DNA from: Gemmatimonadota bacterium
Lineage (GTDB): Bacteria; Latescibacterota; UBA2968; UBA8231
DNA length: 64,000 nucleotides
Reading direction: 5' to 3'
Assembly (NCBI GenBank): GCA_038153405.1
Contig: JAYOYH010000016.1
Coordinates: 25,537 to 89,536 of the forward strand
The notes below the pieces were generated by a model, which was given only the letters and a program-made list of their open reading frames with translations, made no database searches and was not told the origin of the DNA. Within the stretch, counting starts at the first letter, position 1. The number at the start of each line of letters is the position of its first letter. The position numbers were made by a program, and so were the translations under genes. Positions 1 to 11,988 of this stretch are shown piece after piece.

Positions 1-41
1 CCGCGCGTGCGTTCAGCGGCGCTGAGTTCGATGTGCTGCAT
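1..41 (-). CDS. 5' end of a gene truncated by the window edge (MQHIELSAAERTR...)
   Basis: ATG at 41 on the minus strand with a purine-rich AAAGGGG upstream; open to the window edge; lies just downstream of cysS. Confidence 0.4.
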   Translation of the reverse strand, partial: MQHIELSAAERTR

Positions 42-79
42 GGAACGCTACCCTTTGCAGGTTGTAGAACGACGGCCGG

Positions 80-1609
<1,530 letters not shown>

Positions 1610-1715
1610 AAGGTCGGTATACGTCCTCTTTACATAAGTGGTGCGGGTTCGAGCAGAACATAAAAACTGCCGTACGGAACCGCGCGGCGCAAGGTAAGTA
1701 GCGCCTGTCGATTTG

Positions 1716-2534
1716 CTACGTATAGCGCTGCTCCGGCGTGAAACGGTGGTCGCCAAGGACCTGTGTTAGGCGCGGATTGGCTTTGTCTAACAGCGACTCG
1801 TCTACGGCGTAGCGAATGTAGGCATTGTAGCGGGGGAATGCCCAGCGCGGCCCGTATTGCTGCTGCAGCAAATAGCGAACGCGCTGCGAGTTATTGGGGG
1901 CACCGCGGTGCCAGCACTGCGAGTTATGCAGGTAGATATCGCCGGCTTTGCAGTAGATATCGCGGGGGCCATGGTCTTCAAAGTGCGGCGTTTCTTCGCT
2001 CGGCGGATGGCGACCGGAGTAGTGGCTGCCGGGCACGTACTGCGTCGGGCCGTGCTCGGACGATTCGATATCGGTGAGCGCAACCTGCACTGTCAGCCAG
2101 AGAATGGGCATATCGATGCGCGAGTCGTGGCGCGGCACGTCGTCGGGCAGCGGAAAGAACAGAGCATCATCGACGTGCCAACGGTCGATGGCATTGCTGG
2201 TGTCGGTGCGCAGCACGTTCATGCCGCACTGTTGAAATCCCGGCCCAAAAATGGCTTCCATTAGGCTGAAGATGGGTTCGCGTATCAGCAGATCGCAAAA
2301 GAGTGGGTCGAGTTCGTTGCAGTGGCGCAAAATAAAATGGCGCTGGATATAGCCACTTTCGTCGAGTTCCCTGTCGGCCATTAGAACATCGGTCTTGTCG
2401 CGCAGGGCGTCGACCTCGCCGGCGCTGAGCACGTTGGGAATCACGACAAAACCATCGCGTTTAAAGTCGGCAATAATCGAACTCATCTGCTCGTTTGAAA
2501 AGGCTTCGCCCGGTAGTATGGCCGTGCGCGGCAT
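1716..2534 (-). CDS. phytanoyl-CoA dioxygenase (PhyH) family Fe(II)/2OG dioxygenase
   Basis: F.RDGFVVIPNVLS, WHVD, GPTQYVPGSH, AGD....HNSQCWHRG..N.S..R; start at MPRTAIL after AAGGAG. Confidence 0.9.
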   Translation of the reverse strand: MPRTAILPGEAFSNEQMSSIIADFKRDGFVVIPNVLSAGEVDALRDKTDVLMADRELDESGYIQRHFILRHCNELDPLFCDLLIREPIFSLMEAIFGPGFQQCGMNVLRTDTSNAIDRWHVDDALFFPLPDDVPRHDSRIDMPILWLTVQVALTDIESSEHGPTQYVPGSHYSGRHPPSEETPHFEDHGPRDIYCKAGDIYLHNSQCWHRGAPNNSQRVRYLLQQQYGPRWAFPRYNAYIRYAVDESLLDKANPRLTQVLGDHRFTPEQRYT

Positions 2535-2610
2535 GGAAGATAACTCCTTAGCTAGTGACGCAGTCGCGCGCTGGGCTGCGCCTGCGGAGTGTTGTGCGTA
2601 TATCCGCAGC

Positions 2611-3426
2611 TCAGATGATAACGCCGTCGTCGCTACGCTGTACGTCGTCGCCAAACGCGGCGCGCAGTGCGTCGATATCGGCCTTGGCTTTCTGGCGGTA
2701 AAAATGCACGTCGCCGGCGTGAACCACGAAGTTTCCGCCCGCGTTAATCCACTCGATTTCGGCGTCGAGGCCCTCCTGGAAATAGTGGATTCCGGCGCCC
2801 TTGCCGGCGGCGCGCGCCTTGCTGAATATGGTGCGCACCGCCTCGTCAAAGCGCGGATGGTCATACTGTTCGGGAATGCCCAGGCTACAGGACAGGTCGT
2901 GTGGACCGATGAGCACGGCGTCGAGGCCGTCGATGGCCAACAGAGGATCCAAGTTCTCTATGGCCGGCACGCTTTCGATATTGGCTACGGCAATGCTGGA
3001 CTCGTTGCGCTGTTTCAAGTAGTCGCTCAGTTCCGGCTCTAGACTATGGGGATCGTCGAGCGCGTTCTGCAGGCGCTGGCCCTTGAGCGGTCGATAGCGG
3101 CAGGCGCCGACTAAGTGGCGCATTTGCTCGACGGTTTCGGTATAGGGAAAAATGACACCGGCCGCACCGCCGTCGAGCACTTTACAGGCCTCGTAGGGAT
3201 CGGGCGATGGCACGCGCACAATCGGCGGCAGGTCGATGGCGCGATAGCCGTGGCACATCCAAGATAGCGTTTCGCGATCGTTGGGAATGTGCTCGCTGTC
3301 GATAAAGACAAAGTCCAGCGGAGCGCTCTGGGCCGTGCCGATCCACAGGGTCGAGGGAGCCGAGACCAGCGTGCCGTATACGCGCTGCCCCGCGCGCATG
3401 GCCATGCGTAGTGCGAGTGCTTGCAT
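2611..3426 (-). CDS. HpcH/HpaI aldolase/citrate lyase family protein
   Basis: DFVFIDSEH, LDGGAAGVIFP, NIES, LIGPHDLS motifs. Confidence 0.9.
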   Translation of the reverse strand: MQALALRMAMRAGQRVYGTLVSAPSTLWIGTAQSAPLDFVFIDSEHIPNDRETLSWMCHGYRAIDLPPIVRVPSPDPYEACKVLDGGAAGVIFPYTETVEQMRHLVGACRYRPLKGQRLQNALDDPHSLEPELSDYLKQRNESSIAVANIESVPAIENLDPLLAIDGLDAVLIGPHDLSCSLGIPEQYDHPRFDEAVRTIFSKARAAGKGAGIHYFQEGLDAEIEWINAGGNFVVHAGDVHFYRQKAKADIDALRAAFGDDVQRSDDGVII

Positions 3427-3432
3427 AGTGTC

Positions 3433-4281
3433 CTACTGCAGGTAATGGCTGGGCTTGCGGGTGCCCGCGCAGGTGAATGAAGAGTCGAAGTTTCGCACGG
3501 CGTCCGGCACGTCGCCCGTCCACCAACTCGGCGGTTGCGGGAAGGAAAATACCCCGTGCCAGGCCAGCACCAGCGTGCGGCGCTGAGCCGTCTGATTGGG
3601 CCAGGCCGCGTGCAGTAGGCGCGCGTCGGCGATGATGAGGTCACCGGCCTTCAGCGGCACGTCGATGCTGTCGGGATGGTCCATAAAGACCGGGTGCTCC
3701 AGATCGTCGATGGCCTGAATGTCGGGGCCGTGTGCATCGGGCAGGATGTCGTGCAGATCGATGCGCTTGCGATGCGTGCCGGGAATGACGCGCAGACAAC
3801 CGTTCTCGCGCGTTGTATCGCTCATGTAGTAGGAGAGGAAGATCACCGTCGGCCAAGGTGAGGCCGCTTCCGGATGGTTCCAGTTCATAAAGTCCTGGTG
3901 CCAGTAGAGCGGCGGGCCGTAGGGCGGCTTGGAAAGCAGAATGATATTGTCGCGCGGCTGCAGGTTTTCCAAGCCGAGCTCGGCACAGACCTGTTTCTGC
4001 GGCGCGTAGTCGATGAGCTTCTCGACGATGGGATCGGGAAAGCTTTTCTGGTTGGTCTCGGCGTTCATTTTTTCCCACAGGCGCGGGGCATAGACGTGGA
4101 TATCGCTGCCCTGATAGCGGTACTTGGGGTCCACCGGGACGGTGTCAAAAACGCGCTGTGACCAGTGCTGCAGTTCGCTGAGCAAGGGATCGCTGAGCAA
4201 GTTGGGTACGATGGTATACCCGTGTTCGACGAGTTGGTCGCGCTGGGCGCGGGCGCGATCTGGATCGAGTATGGGGGGCAT
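3433..4281 (-). CDS. PhyH family dioxygenase
   Basis: KPPYGPPLYWHQD, NGCLRVIPGTH, AGD...DARLLHAAWPN; start at MPPILDP. Confidence 0.92.
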   Translation of the reverse strand: MPPILDPDRARAQRDQLVEHGYTIVPNLLSDPLLSELQHWSQRVFDTVPVDPKYRYQGSDIHVYAPRLWEKMNAETNQKSFPDPIVEKLIDYAPQKQVCAELGLENLQPRDNIILLSKPPYGPPLYWHQDFMNWNHPEAASPWPTVIFLSYYMSDTTRENGCLRVIPGTHRKRIDLHDILPDAHGPDIQAIDDLEHPVFMDHPDSIDVPLKAGDLIIADARLLHAAWPNQTAQRRTLVLAWHGVFSFPQPPSWWTGDVPDAVRNFDSSFTCAGTRKPSHYLQ

Positions 4282-4336
4282 GGATGGTTGCACTCCAGTA
4301 AGAGGTTGGTTGCTCGTTTTGGCCAAGGAGGCCAGC

Positions 4337-5116
4337 CTAAGCGCTGACCGTTTCTTCGTCGAGTGCGCGTATGCCCGGCCACTCGCGCCAGATATCGGTG
4401 TAGGCGTCGCGGCCAATTTCGGAACACGCCCTGTGGCGCAGGCGAAAAATGGCCGCATAGCGCACGTGCGGAGAGGCGTTGGGTGCGGCTGTGTGCACGA
4501 TCTGGTGATGGGTTAGTACGACATCGCCGGGCTGGCCCTGCAGCATGACTGGCTCTTCGGGCAATTCGACGCGCGGCATGCCCTGTTCCAGGATCTCGTG
4601 TCCGTGCTCTCGGAAGTGCGATTCAAAAAACGTGTGCGACCGCGGCCACACGGTAAAGTTGCCGGCGTAGTCGCTCGTTAACTCGGAGAGCAGAAAAACG
4701 GCCAGCGCGGTAAACCCGCGATTGTAGGTGCCTTTGGCGCTGCCGTTGAGGCCGGAGCCCAGGCCGTCGAGATGGCCGTGCGGCGGTCCAGGATCGCTGG
4801 TCGGTTCGGTGGGAAAGCGCAGAGCGATCTGGCCGGCACTGATTTCCTGTAGATTGCCCTCGCCGAGCAGTGACTCGACAAGGGGAAAGACCGGCGAGCG
4901 ATTCATTAGATCTGTGATAGCGGATGTTTTTTGCACCTCATTGCAGTAGGACTGCGAGCGCAGGCGCGGCAGGTCGTCCTTGTTCATGCCCTCGTGGCCG
5001 AGCGAGTGGTTTATGGCGCGCAGGGCCTCGTCGATCATGACCCGTGGCACGGCGCCGCGCAGTACGGTGTAGCCCAGTTCGCGAAACGCGAGCTTCTGCT
5101 GTCGGGTGAGTTGCAT
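4337..5116 (-). CDS. PhyH family dioxygenase
   Basis: MQLT..Q..AF...GY, HLD, GNFTVWPRSH, PGDVVLTHHQIVHTAAPN. Confidence 0.88.
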   Translation of the reverse strand: MQLTRQQKLAFRELGYTVLRGAVPRVMIDEALRAINHSLGHEGMNKDDLPRLRSQSYCNEVQKTSAITDLMNRSPVFPLVESLLGEGNLQEISAGQIALRFPTEPTSDPGPPHGHLDGLGSGLNGSAKGTYNRGFTALAVFLLSELTSDYAGNFTVWPRSHTFFESHFREHGHEILEQGMPRVELPEEPVMLQGQPGDVVLTHHQIVHTAAPNASPHVRYAAIFRLRHRACSEIGRDAYTDIWREWPGIRALDEETVSA

Positions 5117-5231
5117 TGCACATGTGCTCCTATTGATATTCGCTTTTGAAGATGGACGGCGCTAGCAAGATAATAGCGTTGGTGAACGCCGGCAATTAAC
5201 TTAGTGTGCCTGCCCTGAGCGAGGAGATACC

Positions 5232-6488
5232 GTGTCGGATTCTACGCCGTCTTCATCGGACGGCTACTGGGCGTTGGTGCGCGACAACGCCAATTTTCGC
5301 TATCTGTGGATCGGGCAAATTATCAGTTTGCTCGGCGACTGGTTTAATCTGATTGCCTCGGCGGCGCTGATCGCCGAGCTGACCGACTCGGGGCTAGCGG
5401 TCGGCAGCCTCTTTGTCGTGCGCATGCTGGCACCGGTATTGATTAGCCCGTTGTCCGGCGTAGCGGCCGACCGCTACAACCGCAAATACATTCTCATCGC
5501 CGCCGATATAGGCCGTTTTTTTACCGCCGCGGCGTTTTTGCTCGTGCGCTCGCCCGAGCACGTGTGGCTGCTCTACGTGCTCTCCTTCATACAGCTGGGC
5601 ATTGGCGGCTTTTTCTTTCCCGCCCGTTCGGCTATTTTGCCCGATATCGTCAGCGAGCGGCAGTTGGGTGCGGCCAACGCGCTGACGTCGGCCACCTGGT
5701 CCATCATGCTCGCGCTCGGTGCGGCGCTGGGCGGACTGGTCTCGGGCACGTGGGGCATATACCCGGCCTTTGCCATCGATGCGCTGTCGTTTGTCGCCTC
5801 GGCCCTGGTGCTGTGTCGCATTCGCCTGCCATCGCGGTCGGCGCTGGCCGGCGATAAGTCGCTGGGTGCCGTGCTCAGACAGTATGTGGATGGTCTGCGC
5901 TACCTGCGCGAACACGGCGAGATCGCTCTTACTGCGCTGCACAAAGCGGCGCTGGTCTTTTGCTTTGGTGCGCCGTTAGAGGTGATTAACGTGGCTATCT
6001 CGCGCGAGGTCTTTTCCGTGGGTCACGGGGGAGCGCTGAGTCTAGGTATGATGTATGCCGCCGCCGGCATAGGCACGGGATTGGGGCCGATTGTCGGGCG
6101 CTACGTCGTGGGGGACCGCCTGTCCGCGCTGCGCTGGAGCATCGCACTGGGCTACGTGCTCGCCGTCATCGGGCTGCTGGTTATAGCGACACTCGACAGC
6201 CTGGGCGTCGTGCTGTTAGGGATTTTAGTGCGGGCCTGCGGCAGCGGTATTCTCTGGGTCTTTTCGACGCAGATACTCCTACAGACCGTCGCGCCGCACC
6301 TGCGCGGCCGCGTCTTTTCTACGGAAATTGCCCTCAGCATGCTAATGAGTGCGGCAGGTGCTAGTGCAGGAGGATACTATCTGGAATGGATGGGTATTGC
6401 TGGTGCGGTGCACGCGACAGCCGCCCTGACGCTGGTTCCCGGTGCGCTGTGGGTGGGTTGGCTGGTGGCGCGCCGTGCGCGCGCCTAG
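5232..6488 (+). CDS. MFS transporter
   Basis: about 12 hydrophobic segments; FRYLWIGQIISLLGDWF and GVAADRYNRK (motif A); GAGGAG RBS with GTG start. Confidence 0.92.
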   Translation: MSDSTPSSSDGYWALVRDNANFRYLWIGQIISLLGDWFNLIASAALIAELTDSGLAVGSLFVVRMLAPVLISPLSGVAADRYNRKYILIAADIGRFFTAAAFLLVRSPEHVWLLYVLSFIQLGIGGFFFPARSAILPDIVSERQLGAANALTSATWSIMLALGAALGGLVSGTWGIYPAFAIDALSFVASALVLCRIRLPSRSALAGDKSLGAVLRQYVDGLRYLREHGEIALTALHKAALVFCFGAPLEVINVAISREVFSVGHGGALSLGMMYAAAGIGTGLGPIVGRYVVGDRLSALRWSIALGYVLAVIGLLVIATLDSLGVVLLGILVRACGSGILWVFSTQILLQTVAPHLRGRVFSTEIALSMLMSAAGASAGGYYLEWMGIAGAVHATAALTLVPGALWVGWLVARRARA

Positions 6489-7264
6489 GTCGAGGCTTCT
6501 TCTAGGGCACCTTTCCAGGCACGGGCTAGCATCGAGTAGTCGTGTCCGATCTCGATCATGTCGTAGCCCAGCGCCGCGTACTGCCTAGTCTCCTCTGCCC
6601 AGGGCGGAGCAATACCGATCATGAGGTGCACGCCCTTCGCCGTAGCGGCTGCGGCCGTGCGCGCGATGGCCTGCTGCACCTGTGGATGGCCCTTGTCCGG
6701 GCCGGGCAGGCCCACGGCCACCGAGTAGTCGGCCGGTCCAAAGAGCAGGAAATCGAGTCCTTCAACCGCGCATATCGCTTCGATATTTTCTACCGCTTCG
6801 GGTTTTTCGATCATGGCGCCGACCAGCGTCTCAGCATTGCTCCAGGCCATCCACTCGGCGGCGTTGCTCGTGCCGTATCCACCCGAAAAGCACAGCGTGC
6901 TAAAGCCGCGCTCGCCCAGCGGTGGGAACTTGGCGGCACGCACGGCCGCAGCAACTTCGCAGGCCTCTTTTACTTCGGGTATGATCAGGCCCAGTGCGCC
7001 CACTTCGAGCGCCTTGCGCGCCAGATAGGGTTCGTCCTTATCAATGCGCACGATGGGAGCACAGCCGCTGAGCAAGGCGGCGCGGATGACGTGTTCAAGG
7101 CTTTCGTCTTGGCGCCAGGCGTGTTCGTTGTCGATGCGTACAAAGTCAAAGCCGCAGGTCCCGGCCAGGCCCGCCATATGCGGACTGAACGAGCAAATAC
7201 AGGTACCGTAGACCGCTTCGCCGCGCGCCAGCTTTTCTCTGAGGGGGTTGGGTCGGTAGTTCAT
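6485..7264 (-). CDS. HpcH/HpaI aldolase family protein
   Basis: GFDFVRIDNEH, KFPPLGERG, MIEKPEAVENIE, FGPADYS; start at MNYRPNP. Confidence 0.9.
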   Translation of the reverse strand: MNYRPNPLREKLARGEAVYGTCICSFSPHMAGLAGTCGFDFVRIDNEHAWRQDESLEHVIRAALLSGCAPIVRIDKDEPYLARKALEVGALGLIIPEVKEACEVAAAVRAAKFPPLGERGFSTLCFSGGYGTSNAAEWMAWSNAETLVGAMIEKPEAVENIEAICAVEGLDFLLFGPADYSVAVGLPGPDKGHPQVQQAIARTAAAATAKGVHLMIGIAPPWAEETRQYAALGYDMIEIGHDYSMLARAWKGALEEAST

Positions 7265-7341
7265 AGTCCGTTTCTCGCCGATTGAGAGGTTGCAGGGGGT
7301 AATATAGGGCAGGAGAACGGCATGCGCTCTGGCATGTGCCG

Positions 7342-8580
7342 TTAGTCTTCTGTGCTGGTGGGGCGCAGGCCGAAATAAGCCGCCATGATAACCCCGCTGG
7401 CCACGCGCGCTACGCCGGCCAAACTGAAGGCGGCCCAGTAGCCGTAGTCGATGATGAGCAGCCCCCCTAAGACGCTGCCGACAAAATTGCACAGTTGGAA
7501 ACCGCAGACGCGAAAGCCCTGTATGCGCGCCCAGTAGCGCCGCGGCAAGACTTGGGTGGAAAAATGCTGGTCAGCCGGGTTGTCGACGACTTCGGCTGCG
7601 CGCGAAACGATGAAACCGAATACGGCTACGGGCAGGTTGACCATGCTGCCCATGGCAGCCAGCGCCAAGCCACCGGCCGTGCGCGCAGGCAGGATGGTCA
7701 GCGTCGGGCCGAAGCGGCGCACGAGCGAGGGCGCGCTAAACGTCGCCGGCAGTCCGGCTAGCTGGCTGAGAAAGAATATGGCGCCGATGGCCGCCGCCTG
7801 GACGTCGAGTTCCTCTTCGAAAAAGACGTTGAAAAATGGGTAGGTCAGTCCGAGGGCAAAGCCGCGCGTGCCGCTGAGCGCAGCGATGATGGCAAATAGG
7901 TGCCACTTACCGCCGTTGGAAGCACCGTTTAGCGGCGCGGCATCGGCGCGTTGGTGGCCGGCCTGTTTGGGCATGCGCAGCAGTGGCAGCGCCGAGATCA
8001 GCGAGCAGAGCGCACCCAGCAGGAGGGCATAGCGAAAGGGGTCGGGCAGGTCGGTCGAAACGTCGAGCAGATAGCCCATGGCGCCGGGAGTAAAGCCGCC
8101 GACCAGACTCCACACCATGCGGACGACGACTTGCAGTGCCGACCACAGCGCCAGGGCCTCGACGCGGCGCGTGGGGTGGGCATTGTCAGAGAGAAAGGGG
8201 ACGTGGTTAACCCATATGCAGCCGGTGGCAATGCCGCCTAAAAAAGAAAAGGCCAATAGTGGCAAGGCTTCGCTCGATAGGCACATACCTATCTGCGATA
8301 CGGCCAGTAAGAGGCTGGATACCATCAGAAACGGCCGGCGGCCAAAGCGGTCGCTGAGCATGCCGATGGGCAGGGCAAATAGGCCCGTGGCCAGCGGTGC
8401 CATGCCGGCGACTTGGCCTATGAAATCCTCCTGGTAGCTCAGGCGCAATAGATAGAGGTTGTAGAGCAGGGTGAAGAGCGCCATGCCGGCATTGATGGCG
8501 ATGCCGTAGGCAAAGAACAGGCGCACGTTGCGGTTGAATTCGCGCAGATGAAAGGCGCGCAGAAACGAGGCTATGGCCAT
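7342..8580 (-). CDS. MFS transporter
   Basis: multiple TM helices; GMLSDRFGRR motif A. Confidence 0.9.
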   Translation of the reverse strand: MAIASFLRAFHLREFNRNVRLFFAYGIAINAGMALFTLLYNLYLLRLSYQEDFIGQVAGMAPLATGLFALPIGMLSDRFGRRPFLMVSSLLLAVSQIGMCLSSEALPLLAFSFLGGIATGCIWVNHVPFLSDNAHPTRRVEALALWSALQVVVRMVWSLVGGFTPGAMGYLLDVSTDLPDPFRYALLLGALCSLISALPLLRMPKQAGHQRADAAPLNGASNGGKWHLFAIIAALSGTRGFALGLTYPFFNVFFEEELDVQAAAIGAIFFLSQLAGLPATFSAPSLVRRFGPTLTILPARTAGGLALAAMGSMVNLPVAVFGFIVSRAAEVVDNPADQHFSTQVLPRRYWARIQGFRVCGFQLCNFVGSVLGGLLIIDYGYWAAFSLAGVARVASGVIMAAYFGLRPTSTED

Positions 8581-8620
8581 TGGGTATTGCTCAATAGGTG
8601 CCGACGAACGGATGCGGCAT

Positions 8621-9679
8621 TTAAAAGCCTAGGTTGGGGCCGCCCTGTCGGGGGCACAGCAGGCAACGCTCGCGCGTGCTGAAACCGGCGGCGGGCATCC
8701 AGGTCGGCGTCATATCGCGGCCGGGCGAAGGGTAGATGGCCCTGCGCTGACTGCCATCGGCGCGCATGATCCATATGTCGGTTTGGCCAAACGCGTCGGA
8801 AGTGTAGGCGATATGGCTGCCGTCGGGCGAGAAACTCGGAGCGGTGTCCTTGCTGCGCGAGCGCGTCAGATTGATTGGCTCGCTTCCATCCGAACGCATG
8901 ACCCATATATCCGAATAGCCGCTGCGGTTGGAGGCAAAGGCAATGTAGCTGCCATCGGGCGACCAGGCCGGTTCGGTGTCAAAGGATGGGCTGTTGGTCA
9001 GGCGCACGAGGCGCAGGTCATCAACGTCGACGACAAATAGTTGGTGATCGAAGTTGGGCGCGCGCCCCGGTTCTACGGTTGCGGCTTCTATAGCAGCCAG
9101 TTCGGCGCTGTCGATGCCGGCCGGCGCGTAGGCGGCGCGCGCCGAAGCCAGAGCGATGCGCCGGCTATCGGGCGACCAGGCCGGGTAGCCGTCAAATGCG
9201 GGGTGACTGGTCAGGCGCACGGTGTTGCGTCCATCGGCGTCCATTGCATAGATCTCCCAGTTGAGGTCGCGCAGGGAAGCGAAGGCCACCTTGCTGCCAT
9301 CGGGCGACCAGTCGGGATGGTAGTCGCCAATGGGAAATTGGCTCAGGTTGGATGCAGCGGTGTCGGATAGGTCCAGGGTAAAGATTTCGTTGTTGAAAGG
9401 TACGCGTCCGGAGGCAAAAGCGATCCGCTGGCCATCGGGCGAAAAAGTTGGGTGCTGGTCGTCGCCGCTGCTGTGCGTTAGGCGCGTGGTCTGGCGACCA
9501 TCGGCGTAGACCATGTAGATCTCGAAGTCACCGTCGCGATCGGAGGCAAAGGCGATGAGGTCTCGGTTGGCCGAGTCGCCGGCAAAGGGATCGGCGCCCT
9601 GCTCGAGCAGCGAGCAGCCGACCAGCAGCGTGACCAGCAGCGCAAGGGGAATGGGGTGCGGCACGCCTCTACATTCCAA
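8621..9679 (-). CDS. TolB-like PD40/WD40-like beta-propeller lipoprotein
   Basis: repeated P.(W/F)SPDG..IAF.S.R units; lipobox LLVGC; the true start may be the GTG at 9664. Confidence 0.88.
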   Translation of the reverse strand: MECRGVPHPIPLALLVTLLVGCSLLEQGADPFAGDSANRDLIAFASDRDGDFEIYMVYADGRQTTRLTHSSGDDQHPTFSPDGQRIAFASGRVPFNNEIFTLDLSDTAASNLSQFPIGDYHPDWSPDGSKVAFASLRDLNWEIYAMDADGRNTVRLTSHPAFDGYPAWSPDSRRIALASARAAYAPAGIDSAELAAIEAATVEPGRAPNFDHQLFVVDVDDLRLVRLTNSPSFDTEPAWSPDGSYIAFASNRSGYSDIWVMRSDGSEPINLTRSRSKDTAPSFSPDGSHIAYTSDAFGQTDIWIMRADGSQRRAIYPSPGRDMTPTWMPAAGFSTRERCLLCPRQGGPNLGF

Positions 9680-11042
9680 AGTGCCCCATCCACCAGTTCA
9701 GGTAGTCTCTGTCCGCCAGGTTCGGATCTAGGCCACGCGCGCGCATGCGCTCGGCGAAGCTGCGTTCCATCTGCGCATCCTCTCTAGCCTGCGTCTGCGC
9801 GTCTTCGTCGAGCAGGCCAAGGTCGTTGCTCTGCAGCAGCCAATCGTTGAGCAGGCCGGCGTGCTCGGCCAGCGCGGCTGCGTGCCGTGGGTCGCCGGCC
9901 ACGTTGTGCACTTCATGTGGGTCGGTGCTCAGGTCGTAGAGCTCTTCGATGGGTCGCTCAGAAGCCATAAAGGGCAGTTGGGCCTCATCGAGTTGGTCGC
10001 ACTCGTGCAGCACGCGCATGAGCGTCCACACCGGGTACTGATGCTTTTTGTAGGCGTTGAACTGCATATAGGGACGCTCGGGCTGCAGGTTGCGGATATA
10101 CTTGTAGCGCGGCGTGCGCGCGCAGCGGATGCGGTCATCGGTGCCGTCGCAGCGATCGCGCGCGGCGAAAATGGCCGACCGCTCTTCACTGGAGAAAAAT
10201 GACCGCCCGTCAAAATGTTCTGGTATGGGAACCCTGCACAGGTGTAGGGCGCTGGCGGCAAAGTCGACGCCGGAGACTAGGCGATCGCGCACACAGTCGG
10301 CATCGATATGGCCTGGCCAGCGCACGATGCACGGCACGCGCAGGCCGCCGTCGTAGAGAAATTGCTTGTCGCGGACGTGCGCTCTGCCGTGGTCGCCAAT
10401 GAAGAACACAATGGTGTTGCGCGCCAGGCCTTCGTCTTCGAGCCGCTGCAGAACGGCGCCAATCTTGCGGTCGAGTACCTGAATACTCTCGAGGTAATGG
10501 GCCCAATCGGCGCGCGCCAGCGGGTGGTCGGGGTAGTAGGGCGGGAGTTCGACGTCGGCTGGGTCGATCGGGTGCTGGTCGTCGCGGGCGAAGTCCCGGT
10601 GCGTATCGGTGATGTTCATCTGGGCATAGAATGGCTGCCCCGCTGCCCGCTGTGACCAATCGGTGCCGTCAAAGGGTTGTTCAACCGCAAAGTTGAAGTC
10701 GGTTTTGCCGACCTTGTCATAGGCATCGGGGCCAGGACTATTGCAGGTGAAATAGCCGGCATTGCGAAAGCAGTCGGTAATGAGGGTAGTGCCTTCAGGC
10801 AGCGTCGCGTCGCGCCGAGAGCGGTGATGGTGCGCGCCAATCCGCGTTTGATAGCAGCCGGTGATAATGGCTGAACGCGAAGGCGAACAGACGGGACAGG
10901 TGACAAACGCTTGGGTAAAAGTCGTGCCCTCGGCGGCGAGCTGATCGATATGCGGCGTGCGCACGGCAGAGGTGCCGTAGCAGGCCAAATCGGGGTAGAG
11001 ATCCTCGCCGTAAATCCACAGCACGTTGGGTTGGGTGGTCAT
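9669..11042 (-). CDS. Cys-type (formylglycine-dependent) sulfatase
   Basis: PNVLWI..ED, CSPSRSAIITG, GDHG, EELYDL..DPHE. Confidence 0.95.
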   Translation of the reverse strand: MTTQPNVLWIYGEDLYPDLACYGTSAVRTPHIDQLAAEGTTFTQAFVTCPVCSPSRSAIITGCYQTRIGAHHHRSRRDATLPEGTTLITDCFRNAGYFTCNSPGPDAYDKVGKTDFNFAVEQPFDGTDWSQRAAGQPFYAQMNITDTHRDFARDDQHPIDPADVELPPYYPDHPLARADWAHYLESIQVLDRKIGAVLQRLEDEGLARNTIVFFIGDHGRAHVRDKQFLYDGGLRVPCIVRWPGHIDADCVRDRLVSGVDFAASALHLCRVPIPEHFDGRSFFSSEERSAIFAARDRCDGTDDRIRCARTPRYKYIRNLQPERPYMQFNAYKKHQYPVWTLMRVLHECDQLDEAQLPFMASERPIEELYDLSTDPHEVHNVAGDPRHAAALAEHAGLLNDWLLQSNDLGLLDEDAQTQAREDAQMERSFAERMRARGLDPNLADRDYLNWWMGHFGM

Positions 11043-11193
11043 GCGCTCCTAGCGTTGGCGGCATTGAGCCCTGTTCAGAGGGCACGCGAGATGCGAGGAA
11101 ATATACTGCGCAAGCGATGGCCACTTCAAATGGCCCGCCGCGCCAACGAACAAAGCGCCGTGCGCCAGCCAGTGGCGTGGCGGTGAACGCTGT

Positions 11194-11988
11194 CTATGCA
11201 GCGCCGTTTGCCAGCAGGGCCAGTAGTTCATCGTGCAAGGGGCCGTTGCTGGCCAGCAGCCCCTGTGCTCCGTCGAGCAGGTTTAATGCGCGCCCGTTGG
11301 CTCGACTGACTCGGCCGCCCGCCTCTTCGACGATGAGCGCGGCTGCGGCGATATCCCATGGTTCGAGGCCGGCATCGAAATGCGCTTCGGCGCGTCCGGC
11401 CGCCACCGCACACAGGCCTGCGACGGCACAGCCGGGTGCCCTCACCTGTCCGGCGCTTCGCGCCAGCGCATCGTTGGCCTCCATGCACAGGGCGCGCTTG
11501 CTCGGTTTGGAAAAGTCGATGCCGACGAGAGCCTTACCCAGCGCGCGCTGCCCAGAGACGCTTAGCGCCTGGTCGTTGCAGGTGGCGCCGGCGCCGCGCT
11601 GGGCCAGATAGAGTTGATCGAGGCCGGGCAGGGAAATGCCTCCGGCCAGCGGAATTCCACTCTCTGCACAGGCCAGTGAAATGCCGAAGATGGGAAAGGC
11701 GTCGCGCGCAAAGTTGTAGGTGCCGTCGATGGGGTCTATGATCCAACAGCGCATTTTGGCATCGGGCCCCACAGCGTGTAACCCCTGCTCTTCGGCGACA
11801 ATGGCCTCGCCCGGGAAGTGGGTTGCAAGGCGGTCGATAAGCAGCTGCTGCACCTCGAGGTCGGCGCTGGTGAGAAGGTCGGCGGCCTCTTTTTCGTCAT
11901 AGCGCAGCGCGCGGCGGTCGGCATACGTTGTTTGCACTAGCATCGCTGCATCCAGCAGCGCCCGTCGGATAAACGTCAACTCATCCAT
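11194..11988 (-). CDS. inositol monophosphatase family protein
   Basis: EE, WIIDPIDGTYNF, WDIAAAALIVEEAGG. Confidence 0.95.
   Translation of the reverse strand: MDELTFIRRALLDAAMLVQTTYADRRALRYDEKEAADLLTSADLEVQQLLIDRLATHFPGEAIVAEEQGLHAVGPDAKMRCWIIDPIDGTYNFARDAFPIFGISLACAESGIPLAGGISLPGLDQLYLAQRGAGATCNDQALSVSGQRALGKALVGIDFSKPSKRALCMEANDALARSAGQVRAPGCAVAGLCAVAAGRAEAHFDAGLEPWDIAAAALIVEEAGGRVSRANGRALNLLDGAQGLLASNGPLHDELLALLANGAA

Noticed and set aside
8700..9560. Regularly spaced DNA repeats (cgggcgacca...) that might suggest a CRISPR array
   Set aside because: They encode PD40 WSPDG propeller repeats inside a CDS; they are degenerate and there are no cas genes
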